13,269 nt of DNA from an uncultured bacterium (GCA_964010765.1 CAXGMD010000084.1:1-13269), one strand, 5' to 3'. Positions 1 to 7,753 are shown, counted from the first letter of the stretch. Notes: generated by a model from the sequence alone, not told the origin. Translations and numbers: made by a program.

Positions 1-287
1 ATGGTGTGATCGGTTTGTCAAAAATCAATCGCATCGTTGATTACTATGCACGACGTCCTCAAGTGCAAGAGAGGCTAACCCGGCAGATTGCAGAAGAACT
101 TGAGCAAGTCTTGGGCACTCCAGATGTTGCGGTTTTACTGGATGCCAAGCATTTCTGTGTAATGATGAGAGGCATTGAAGACCAAACCTCTTCGACGATG
201 ACTGCTGAATATCGTGGATGCTTTCAGGAAGCTGAACGTAAAAACGAATTCTTGCGTTACATCGATTCCAAAAATCCACCTGCCTGA
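1..287 (+). CDS. folE: GTP cyclohydrolase I (FolE), C-terminal part; 5' truncated by the window edge
   Basis: Translation contains [23 protein letters not shown] and [11 protein letters not shown], which match the FolE signatures GLSK..R...ARRxQxQERLT and H.C...RG. The frame is open from the window edge, so the GTG at 6 is an internal codon. Stop TGA at 285-287. Confidence 0.96.
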   Translation, partial: GVIGLSKINRIVDYYARRPQVQERLTRQIAEELEQVLGTPDVAVLLDAKHFCVMMRGIEDQTSSTMTAEYRGCFQEAERKNEFLRYIDSKNPPA

Positions 288-334
288 TTGAACTAATTGA
301 TTATTGAAGCATTAGGCTGCTCGCCTCTGATTCA

Positions 335-907
335 TCAGTTCACTGAATGAGAAGGTAATTCGCTAAGGTGTCGCTGGAAATAGTTCCTAGTGGTCGAAAC
401 ATCACGGTGACCCAGATTCTCCTGTAAGATCTCCCAATCTTTACGGGATCTTGGACGTAGCTGAAGGTAGCGATTCATCGCATAGGTCATGCGAATGCGC
501 TCTGAAGTGACCGTGATACCTGTCTGCACGCTCAATTCTCTGAAGAAAAGGCTGACCGTACTTCCCAACATTCGACGACCTGTTTTCTGGAAGACCCAGC
601 GTGAAGGAGATCGTAGATCTAGTAAAATTCCCAATAAGATTTCATCAATGGGAATTCTTCGGCATTTTGGATCACGATAGTAAGGTTGGCGGGGGTCTGG
701 AACGATGATCTCTCTATTCAGCCACAAGTCAACATCATGCCAGGTTAGAGCAAGGGTCTCCCCCCGGCGCATTCCTGTCAACAATGCAAATTTTAGGTAG
801 TATTCAAACCAGGGATCACGACTGTGGATGGCTTCACAGAGTTCTTCAATCTCTGCAGAGGATAGAATACGGAACCCAGTTGGGGAGAGGGGGCTGGTCA
901 CGTCCAT
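335..907 (-). CDS. Tyrosine recombinase/integrase family protein, catalytic domain only (190 aa), with variant active site
   Basis: Box I LLTGMRRGE.LAL.W.DVD (R47); R.IPI strand; box II TSERIRMTYA (E136 where HxxR has H, R139 kept); LGHRDVSTTRNY (H167, Y176). AGGA SD-like motif just upstream of the ATG, with short spacing. No N-terminal core-binding domain. Confidence 0.88.
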   Translation of the reverse strand: MDVTSPLSPTGFRILSSAEIEELCEAIHSRDPWFEYYLKFALLTGMRRGETLALTWHDVDLWLNREIIVPDPRQPYYRDPKCRRIPIDEILLGILLDLRSPSRWVFQKTGRRMLGSTVSLFFRELSVQTGITVTSERIRMTYAMNRYLQLRPRSRKDWEILQENLGHRDVSTTRNYFQRHLSELPSHSVN

Positions 908-929
908 GTGTCCTGCAAAATTAAGAAAT

Positions 930-1499
930 TTAAAATTCTAGACCAACTCCAGCTGACAAAGCAGGCACTGTCCCATTGATCTCCTGATTGGGATGCCCTT
1001 GCTGTCCTGAAAGCGCAAATTCATAGAAACGAAAGCTAGGCTTGAGGAAGAAGTACGCGACACGTTCCTGCACTACAAAATAATGGCTCAGTTCTGTATG
1101 AATCTGACCACCCGTTGTTTCTCGTGGCTTTAGGTATTTGTAATTTTGCGGATGAAGTATACCTGTACCTAGCTCTGCACCTACAGCAAGTTGTATTGGG
1201 GCCTGCGGAACCGTTGTGGTGTAATCCAGACCGACATTCATCGTCTTGATAAAATAATTACTAGCTTCGTATTCTCTGTACGTGACAGAGTGCCTCCATG
1301 GGGAACGATTTAGGTATGTTCCATGAACTCCCAGACCGAAACCATAGGCCCCATTGACAGCTCTGCTCTTAATTCCCTTGGACCCTTCGATGGTATCAGA
1401 AATCGCATAATACCCGTAATCAGCGGTCGCTGAATAATTCCCGAGGTCAGGGTTCGCGAAAATAAACGCACTTCCCAGCAGTAAGATCAAACTGAACAT
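930..1499 (-). CDS. Predicted small outer-membrane beta-barrel protein (189 aa), function unknown
   Basis: Short hydrophobic N-terminal signal (MFSLILLLGSAFIFA). Amphipathic Gly/aromatic-rich strands (YGFGLGVHGTY, MNVGLDY, LAVGAELGTG). C-terminal beta-signal LSAGVGLEF ending in Phe. AGGAG RBS 6 nt upstream, overlapping the upstream gene's stop codon. Confidence 0.7.
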   Translation of the reverse strand: MFSLILLLGSAFIFANPDLGNYSATADYGYYAISDTIEGSKGIKSRAVNGAYGFGLGVHGTYLNRSPWRHSVTYREYEASNYFIKTMNVGLDYTTTVPQAPIQLAVGAELGTGILHPQNYKYLKPRETTGGQIHTELSHYFVVQERVAYFFLKPSFRFYEFALSGQQGHPNQEINGTVPALSAGVGLEF

Positions 1500-1508
1500 C
1501 CGTAACTC

Positions 1509-3149
1509 CTAAAGGTCGTTGGCACATCTAAAGCCAACATCGGGCCATGCTAAATTAGGCCGGGTATACCCTCGATAAAAGCCAGCTGCCTCAAAGGAGC
1601 CAAACGCCCAAGAAGAACCCCGAACAACGCGCTCCATACTATTACTGTCTGAGATTCTCTCTGCTCGTCCTCCTGGCCGATAAGCATCCGAAACGTACTC
1701 TCTTACGTTTCCTGCAAGATGACGGATTCCTTCAGGAGTCTGATCTCTGTTCACACTCTCCACATTAACACTACTATCGATTCCGCTTTCACGTGTCACA
1801 CTGAAGTTTGCGCTGAAACTAGGTCCCCAAGGATATTTTCGTCCTTGAGTTCCCCTGGCAGCTCTCTCCCACTCGGCTTCTGTGGGTAGTCGCTTGCCTA
1901 GAAATCGACAGTACATTCGTGCATCTTCCCAACTTATGCCTACAACTGGCAGCTCTGCGTTCTCTGGAAGCATCATCCCCTGTGTCCAACTTACAGGGCG
2001 CCGGTGATTGTTGGCCTCCACAAAGGCTAAGTAGTCACCGTTGCTCACCTCTGTTTGATCAATCTGAAAGGGACGTACCCGCATCAAACGTCGATTGGAG
2101 TTGGCATACAGAGGGTCATCTGTGCCCATCAAAAACATGCCCCCAGGAATGGCAATCATCCCATTTCCCTTATTGCGCTCCAGTCGCTCTTGGATCTTTC
2201 TCGAAAATGGATTGGAAATGGTGACACTGCCTTCATCGTTTTCACGAAATTTCAGTAGATCCGCCCAAGTAATCACTCCGCTGAAGACATTCATCATTTT
2301 CATGGAAGCGACGAATTCACCGTCCACACGCCTGGAAATATTACCATATAGAAATGCATCTACTCCATAGAGTTCACCAAGTCGACGTGCCTGATTTTCA
2401 TCAATGTAGATCTCTTGGTTAAGCTTCTGTTCGTTGTAGATCAATTGTAGATTTTCGCGATCAACTAACTTTAAGCTTTTATCATTCGCAATTGCCACAG
2501 TTAGATAGTCAATGATTTCTTCTGATGAAAGTGGTAGAGGTGCCTCAAGATCCCAAAAACTGACTCGCTGAATCTCTTCACCCTGAATTCTTCTCGCGCT
2601 CTGCTGAAGTGAGGCCAAGAGAGATTGACTTAAATTGGTCAACATTTGATGTCGAGCCGTCATCTCACTGATCGGATACACTCCCGCCCAGGCAATTGAA
2701 GAATTCTGAACGTCAATTGCTTTTAGGATCAAAGCCTCATCGTAGACAGTACCATAAACAAACAACTCCACGCCGAGTAGCTTGCCAAGCTCACGATAAT
2801 CATTTGGGGAAACAAACTCTGAAAGTTGGATCTTCTGCTCTTTTAAAATCAGTTGCAGTTTTGAGCGATCTGTAACCTGGAATCTCTCACCACGAACAAT
2901 CTTGACATTGGTATAATCGATCAACTGCTCCAAATCGATCGCCCTGTTGCGACTGCGCTGCTTGATTCTTGAAATTGCAATCGTTCGATAGTTACCCACC
3001 AATTCATTGACTGAGTTGGCAATGCGTTCAGCTAGTGCTTCAGTGTCTACTCGAGTCTGCTGCGCAAAAATCAGATTGGGAAACACAAACATCAATAAAA
3101 TGATGGGTAAACAAAGCCAAAAGGATGTATTCCGACTAAACACTGACAA
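1509..3149 (-). CDS. Secreted protein: two tandem CsgG/HfaB/TolB-N-like domains plus a C-terminal FGE-sulfatase (SUMF1/EgtB/PvdO-type) domain
   Basis: Start reassigned to TTG at 3149 (GGAG 7 nt upstream; GTG at 3143 is the alternative), giving the signal peptide MSVFSRNTSFWLCLPIILLMFVFPNLIFA. Two repeats of a DR..L..I..EQ.....(R/E)LG.L.GV..F.YG motif. FGE motifs IPGGMFLMG, F.ID.TEVSN, PVVGISWEDA..YC, RLPTEAEWERAARG, YPWG, GNVREY, RGSSW, GFRCA. Confidence 0.85.
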   Translation of the reverse strand: MSVFSRNTSFWLCLPIILLMFVFPNLIFAQQTRVDTEALAERIANSVNELVGNYRTIAISRIKQRSRNRAIDLEQLIDYTNVKIVRGERFQVTDRSKLQLILKEQKIQLSEFVSPNDYRELGKLLGVELFVYGTVYDEALILKAIDVQNSSIAWAGVYPISEMTARHQMLTNLSQSLLASLQQSARRIQGEEIQRVSFWDLEAPLPLSSEEIIDYLTVAIANDKSLKLVDRENLQLIYNEQKLNQEIYIDENQARRLGELYGVDAFLYGNISRRVDGEFVASMKMMNVFSGVITWADLLKFRENDEGSVTISNPFSRKIQERLERNKGNGMIAIPGGMFLMGTDDPLYANSNRRLMRVRPFQIDQTEVSNGDYLAFVEANNHRRPVSWTQGMMLPENAELPVVGISWEDARMYCRFLGKRLPTEAEWERAARGTQGRKYPWGPSFSANFSVTRESGIDSSVNVESVNRDQTPEGIRHLAGNVREYVSDAYRPGGRAERISDSNSMERVVRGSSWAFGSFEAAGFYRGYTRPNLAWPDVGFRCANDL

Positions 3150-4317
3150 TGGGGTACTCCGCGCAAATTTTTTGGTAATAGCCCAATAACTGTTTATGAG
3201 CTCGGTCGATTCCTTGCTGTGCTTGATCGCGTTGATAGGTGTCACTCGGTTTCCAATGTCGGGTTTTGAGTCGATAGGGACGAAGCCCGTGCTCTGAATC
3301 AGAACTTTCACAAAACAATTCAGTGATTGGAGGCTTATCCGTCCAAACACTGCCAAGATTGATTTCTAAAGCTCGATACCATCTGGCGAACTGTTTTAAA
3401 CGTGCTTCCTCGAAGTAACCGACCGGATTTAATAATTCAATAACATTCTGCAAAGCCTCACTAGACACGTACCGATCATAATCAACAACGTAAAGGCTCT
3501 CTGATAAAAAGAGTGGTCCACCATGAAGAAAGAGTCCCTTTCTTTTGACGGTTGACCCACTCTGTACGATCTCCAGGCCAACACAACCTTTTTCTCCAGC
3601 CAGAACGGCATCTTCAACATCTTCCACAGAAACAATGTTCAGCTTAGGGTAGGCTGCCATCACGATTCCCGTGTAGCGTCCCTTCACGAAGACCTGCTGC
3701 CCAAATCTGGAGAGTGTTTTCAGATTCAGCGGATGTTTCCTCTCAGAAACCTTTGAGATCAGGAAAAATCCGACGATGTCTTGGATTTCTGTTTGCAGAA
3801 CTTCATTGTAACTACAGAGCATTGCTGAACCCGCGATACGGATTCCAGTAGGTTTTTCCAAATGGTAATTATACATCCCCCATTTGGTAACCCGGGATGG
3901 ATCTCTTAAATAGTATTGGGTCATCGAGAGGAGTTCATCTAATCCAACAACCGTAAAATCGACTTCATCCAATCGGATCAGTGAAGACCCATTGTGTGGT
4001 TCTTCTCCTTCCACTCTCAGCTTGTACGGGCCAATCTGCCAATCGTAACCTAAGAATCCGAGACGGTATGGCCGATGGAAACGCTTTCTATCAACAAACA
4101 GTGAGAAGCAACTGGGTGCTTTAGTCCGAACCTCTACCAGAAAGTTTAGCGCTTCTTCCAGTTTTAGGCTGCTCCTTGATTTGCTTTGGGACAGAATCTG
4201 CAGAATTGCATCAATTTCTTTAGAAGAAGCCCCAAGATCAACTAGTTTTTGAAGGAAATTATTCAGTGTGCGCCCAGAACGGGGAATTGCACAGGTCACA
4301 TGAAAAGGTGCATTCAT
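3136..4317 (-). CDS. Divergent ATP-phosphoribosyltransferase (HisG)-like / PBP2-fold protein, 393 aa, with insertions and a C-terminal extension
   Basis: HisG-like motifs in the correct order: AIPRSGRT (vs ALPSKGRL), VDFTVVGLDELL (vs ADLGITGxDxLxE), VFVKGRY (vs IATKY), EDVEDAVLAG (vs GSVExAPxxG), GLEIVQSGSTVKRKGL (vs IVDIVSTGxTLxxNGL), LFLSESLYVV (vs ILESxAxLI). An in-frame stop at 4330-4332 fixes the upstream limit. The coding call is solid; the family call is by eye. Confidence 0.62.
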   Translation of the reverse strand: MNAPFHVTCAIPRSGRTLNNFLQKLVDLGASSKEIDAILQILSQSKSRSSLKLEEALNFLVEVRTKAPSCFSLFVDRKRFHRPYRLGFLGYDWQIGPYKLRVEGEEPHNGSSLIRLDEVDFTVVGLDELLSMTQYYLRDPSRVTKWGMYNYHLEKPTGIRIAGSAMLCSYNEVLQTEIQDIVGFFLISKVSERKHPLNLKTLSRFGQQVFVKGRYTGIVMAAYPKLNIVSVEDVEDAVLAGEKGCVGLEIVQSGSTVKRKGLFLHGGPLFLSESLYVVDYDRYVSSEALQNVIELLNPVGYFEEARLKQFARWYRALEINLGSVWTDKPPITELFCESSDSEHGLRPYRLKTRHWKPSDTYQRDQAQQGIDRAHKQLLGYYQKICAEYPIVSV

Positions 4318-4492
4318 AAATGGTCTAGATTAAGGAATCCATGTCATGCAACGGACGTGCGAACCTTTCGGGACCAAATCATCGTTTCATCAGACATTGT
4401 TGAGGAACATCATCGGGTTAGAGGTTTTGCCTTGAAGGGCGTGGACAAGGCGTCAAGATAGGAATCAAATCTTTATTTTCAAGCTCTCGCAA

Positions 4493-5173
4493 TTGAAAAA
4501 AATGTCCCAAATCCTGCTGTTTTTGTTGTCAATTCTCTTGTGTCCACCTGTCTTTGCTGAATCTTCCCATGCATCACTCTTTGTAAAAACAGTCGAAGAA
4601 TTCACAATTTTTCCAAAGGGACAGCCGAATAACGCCGTCTATCGCGATGGGAAATTGCTACTACAAAGTCCCACCGTTCAATGGTTGGACCTCATTCAGA
4701 TCAATAACACAGAATCATGGCTGGTTTCAGGGATTGATGAAGAAGGCAAGTATCACGGTCATCTTCTTCTCAACGAGAAAGACAAGCTAGCGATGACAAA
4801 TCAGGGCTATGGAGTCTACGATATTTTAAAAAAAGAAACCGGAATTCTTGAAATTTATAGGACCTACAAGGATCAACTAGAAATCATAAAAACGAAGTAC
4901 AAGTCTGTGCGGAGTCCCACTGCTTCCCCAACTCATCTGGTCTTTGCCCACATTCGAGATTCCCGAAAAGAACGGAACAAGCAAATTTTTGAGTTCCGTC
5001 TTCATCTCATTCGCCACGACTCTACAGAAATCAAGAGCCTCAAGCTTTACCCAAAAGACGAGTCTGCAAAATTGGAGATGCAGTGGATAGACAAATCCAA
5101 AATTCAAATTCGTTATCACAATGGCAAAAGAGATACTTTTGACCTGAAGAAGTACGCGCCCACTCTTTTTTGA
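4493..5173 (+). CDS. Hypothetical secreted protein (226 aa), beta-rich
   Basis: Classic Sec signal MKKMSQILLFLLSILLCPPVFA|E (TTG at 4493; ATG at 4502 is the alternative). The long ORF fills the gap ahead of lgt. No family recognised. Confidence 0.75.
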   Translation: MKKMSQILLFLLSILLCPPVFAESSHASLFVKTVEEFTIFPKGQPNNAVYRDGKLLLQSPTVQWLDLIQINNTESWLVSGIDEEGKYHGHLLLNEKDKLAMTNQGYGVYDILKKETGILEIYRTYKDQLEIIKTKYKSVRSPTASPTHLVFAHIRDSRKERNKQIFEFRLHLIRHDSTEIKSLKLYPKDESAKLEMQWIDKSKIQIRYHNGKRDTFDLKKYAPTLF

Positions 5174-5210
5174 GCGATCCCAATCCGATATTATTCCCAG
5201 ACTGGTCTTC

Positions 5211-6122
5211 ATGTTAGCTCTACCCTTCCCATCGATTGATCCTGCTCTGTTTACTCTTGGCCCTATCTCAATGTTTGGTATGGAGCTGGGCCCCTTTAGT
5301 CTGCGTTGGTATGCTCTAGCCTATATTGCGGGACTACTTCTCGGCAGGGTGTATGTTAACCGTATGCTGTTGGCAGAGGCGCGTTGGCCTGGAGGGAAAC
5401 CACCTGTTCCAGTGGAGGAAACTGAAAATCTCTTAATCTGGATGACTCTTGGAGTCGTGTTGGGGGGCCGGCTTGGGTATGTCTTGTTTTACAGCCCACA
5501 TCTGCTCACAGACCCAGCGAGTGTGTTTGCAATGTGGAAAGGTGGCATGTCTTTTCATGGAGGCATGCTGGGCGTGATCGTCTCTGTGATTCTGTATGCT
5601 CAACGTCACAAGGTCTCATTGCTCTCGCTTGGGGACGCCATAGCCATCGCAGCGCCGATTGGTTTGTTCTTTGGGCGCCTGGCAAATTTCATCAATGGAG
5701 AGTTGTGGGGTAGGGTTTCTGATGTCCCCTGGGCCATCGTTTTTCCACAAGTGGAATTGTATGCCCGCGCATATCCCGAGCTCGCGGCCACCATCGGCCA
5801 GGGTCGCCATCCCAGTCAATTGTACGAAGCAGCCTTGGAAGGCCTCGTCCTCTTTCTTGTGCTGGCTCATCTTGCTTGGCGTACGGATGCCCTCAAGAGA
5901 CCCGGAACTTTGATTGGCACATTCTTGGTGGGTTATGGCTTGGCAAGAGCATTCTGCGAATTTTTCAGAATGCCGGATGTGGGGATTGGCTTTGACCTCG
6001 CTTTTGGCAGCTTCGGCATTTCCAGAGGGCAGTTGCTCTGCTTACCGATGATTATCGCTGGACTGCTGTTTCTCAAGTATGCTCAAGGAGCACAATCCAC
6101 CGAGCCAGCACCAAAGTCCTAG
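5211..6122 (+). CDS. lgt: Prolipoprotein diacylglyceryl transferase
   Basis: Motifs RWYALAY, GGRLGYVLFY, W.GGMSFHGG, GRLANFINGELWGR, RHPSQLYEA, R.F.EFFR.PD and GQLLCLPM; multiple transmembrane segments. Confidence 0.98.
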   Translation: MLALPFPSIDPALFTLGPISMFGMELGPFSLRWYALAYIAGLLLGRVYVNRMLLAEARWPGGKPPVPVEETENLLIWMTLGVVLGGRLGYVLFYSPHLLTDPASVFAMWKGGMSFHGGMLGVIVSVILYAQRHKVSLLSLGDAIAIAAPIGLFFGRLANFINGELWGRVSDVPWAIVFPQVELYARAYPELAATIGQGRHPSQLYEAALEGLVLFLVLAHLAWRTDALKRPGTLIGTFLVGYGLARAFCEFFRMPDVGIGFDLAFGSFGISRGQLLCLPMIIAGLLFLKYAQGAQSTEPAPKS

Positions 6123-6161
6123 AGTGCTTACTAATTAGCCGATCAGCGGTATTTGGATAAA

Positions 6162-7418
6162 TTATTGCGCGATTGTTCCCCAGGGATAGTCAACAAATAA
6201 CGTTGTTTCCTGCCCCTCAGATCCCGTTGCGACGTCAAAGCGATAGATGAACCCCGACCCCGTGACGAGTCTCGCACCCAGCCCCGTAGAATTTCTTGAC
6301 TTGGCCCAAAGATCCTCTCGCTGCTCTGCAACTGTTCCTGTCTCATAAAAGAACGCAAGTTGGAATCCTGTTCTGAAATCCCGAATGAAGTACAAGTCAA
6401 ACGGGGTGTTCTCATCTGTCAGGTTCCAACGAAATTCATAGCCATAGAATTCTGTGTGGGCTCCACTGTATCGACCACCAGCATAAGAACGCAGACGCGA
6501 GCTACCACCAAGGCTGCTGGCTGTTCCATATTTTCTGCTTGCTTGGGTATCAGTTGCTAATTTCTTTAAGCTCTCATCACAGGGATCACCTGCTGTGCAA
6601 GCATAATTAGTTCTCAATTCATCGAGAATTGACTGATAGTCAGTCACCCCTTCTTTGGTCACCGTAGCATCTGAACGAAAATAGTTAATGGCAAAGGTGC
6701 TACTCTCTAGCAGTGGGATGTAACCAGTCAAGTTAGTGTCGACAGTGTAGCTTTCTGAAGAGTCTGTGTCTATCGATGGAGATTCAGACCTAGTTGCTAC
6801 AAAGCGGACACCCATTCGAGGATCTAAGCGGTCATCCGTAACATCGATCTGGGTTCCGTAGGTCAACCTTTTAAAGGTAAAGGGCTCCGGGTCTGCGTAT
6901 TCCTGACGATTCTCTTCTTTTCCTTGATAGATCACAGCACTGGGTTCTGAGCGGATGTTGTACTGGAGCGTAAAGAACTCTAGCCGGCGCTCCAGGAAGG
7001 TGAAGGTCAGTCGACCTCCATACAAGGAAGTATTCTGTAATTCGACGATGTTGAAGTCTTCTGGATCAGAATCGATTCCCCTTTGCGCATACTGTTTTTG
7101 TGACCCCTTATTGAATCCGACGTAGGTCACATCCAGCAGAATGTTCTCAGGTAGCAATTCGATATCGGTTACACCAGTAATGGTTCCTTCAACATCTCCA
7201 CCAACCCCAACCAAGAAAAAATCGGTGGTGCTGTCAAAGGTGTTGTTGAAGGCCCCAATCACGCCAAGTCCTGTTCCTACACCGGGTAAGATGTAGGGGA
7301 TAGGAGCTACCAGATATCCGAAGTCTCTTGGGAATTGGGAACGTCTGCGTTCGATAGCTTCTGAAAAACTGGTTAGCAGAAGCATTGGAATCATTATCCA
7401 GAGGATTCGTCGAGACAT
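6162..7418 (-). CDS. Omp85 superfamily (BamA/TamA-like) outer-membrane barrel protein without recognisable POTRA domains
   Basis: Signal peptide MSRRILWIMIPMLLLTSFSEA (ATG at 7418 with GAGAGG upstream; the ORF track start is 7430). Features: D.TDDRLDPRMGVRF, LGGSSRLRSY..GRY (VRGF/Y-type loop-6 motif), EFRW, FYETGTV, STGLGAR, YRFDVA.G. Barrel-like strands begin soon after the signal peptide. Confidence 0.78.
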   Translation of the reverse strand: MSRRILWIMIPMLLLTSFSEAIERRRSQFPRDFGYLVAPIPYILPGVGTGLGVIGAFNNTFDSTTDFFLVGVGGDVEGTITGVTDIELLPENILLDVTYVGFNKGSQKQYAQRGIDSDPEDFNIVELQNTSLYGGRLTFTFLERRLEFFTLQYNIRSEPSAVIYQGKEENRQEYADPEPFTFKRLTYGTQIDVTDDRLDPRMGVRFVATRSESPSIDTDSSESYTVDTNLTGYIPLLESSTFAINYFRSDATVTKEGVTDYQSILDELRTNYACTAGDPCDESLKKLATDTQASRKYGTASSLGGSSRLRSYAGGRYSGAHTEFYGYEFRWNLTDENTPFDLYFIRDFRTGFQLAFFYETGTVAEQREDLWAKSRNSTGLGARLVTGSGFIYRFDVATGSEGQETTLFVDYPWGTIAQ

Positions 7419-7430
7419 AGGACCTCTCAT

Positions 7431-7753
7431 TTACATTTGAGGAAAAATAACAGAAGGTTGGTTCAAAAAAGAATATTCTATCAGAATTTCAATATATTAG
7501 ATTGATCAGTTGCATGTGCAAATGCTGTTCTTATTCTCAAAAACTAGAACTAAAGATAATCTTCTTAGAAATAGATAGTTTTCCATGGCTTCTTGATTTT
7601 CATTAATTTTTTGTTGAATGAGATAATTCAAATCAAGTTTTACTCGAATAGTTCCAATCAAAACTACTATTTTTATCGAGTAATAAATTTCAAATTAGCT
7701 TAGATTTGATTGGGTGTGCTGTCTCAAATTTTCAAAATAAGCGAGGTTGTAAG
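7431..7753. promoter_or_regulatory. AT-rich divergent promoter region between the Omp85-like gene and the YtfJ-family gene
   Basis: About 320 nt between two divergent starts, visibly the most AT-rich stretch in the window. Contains palindromes AGAATATTCT (7470-7479) and TTGCA-TG-TGCAA (7510-7521). Exact promoter elements not assigned. Confidence 0.55.

Noticed and set aside
314..326. Terminator between the convergent folE and recombinase genes (AGGC-N5-GCCT)
   Set aside because: Only a 4-bp stem, with no U-tract on either strand.
1509..1640. FGE C-terminus as a diversity-generating retroelement variable region
   Set aside because: The fold type fits known DGR targets, but I saw no template-repeat copy and no reverse transcriptase in the window. 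A remote template cannot be excluded.
3150..3356. N-terminal 69-aa extension of the 615-aa ORF (ORF track start 3356)
   Set aside because: It overlaps the HisG-like gene by more than 200 nt. A TTG start with an RBS and a proper signal peptide begins at 3149.
1509..4317. Ergothioneine/ovothiol synthesis (HisG-like gene plus EgtB-like FGE domain)
   Set aside because: The FGE protein is exported and has no DinB-like metal-binding domain, and no methyltransferase is nearby.
288..4492. Integrated element or genomic island bounded by att sites at the folE 3' end
   Set aside because: I found no direct repeat of the folE end or the spacer by eye, no tRNA, and no phage or conjugation genes.
4318..4492. 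ncRNA, or the 70-aa ORF 4249-4461, in the divergent spacer (GCCTTG/CAAGGC at 4429-4451)
   Set aside because: No tRNA, SRP or riboswitch motif. The stem is only 6 bp, and the ORF overlaps the HisG-like gene antisense with no recognisable features.
7706..7753. Upstream TTG start for the YtfJ-family gene
   Set aside because: ATG at 7754 has a GAGG RBS and gives a more normal signal-peptide length.
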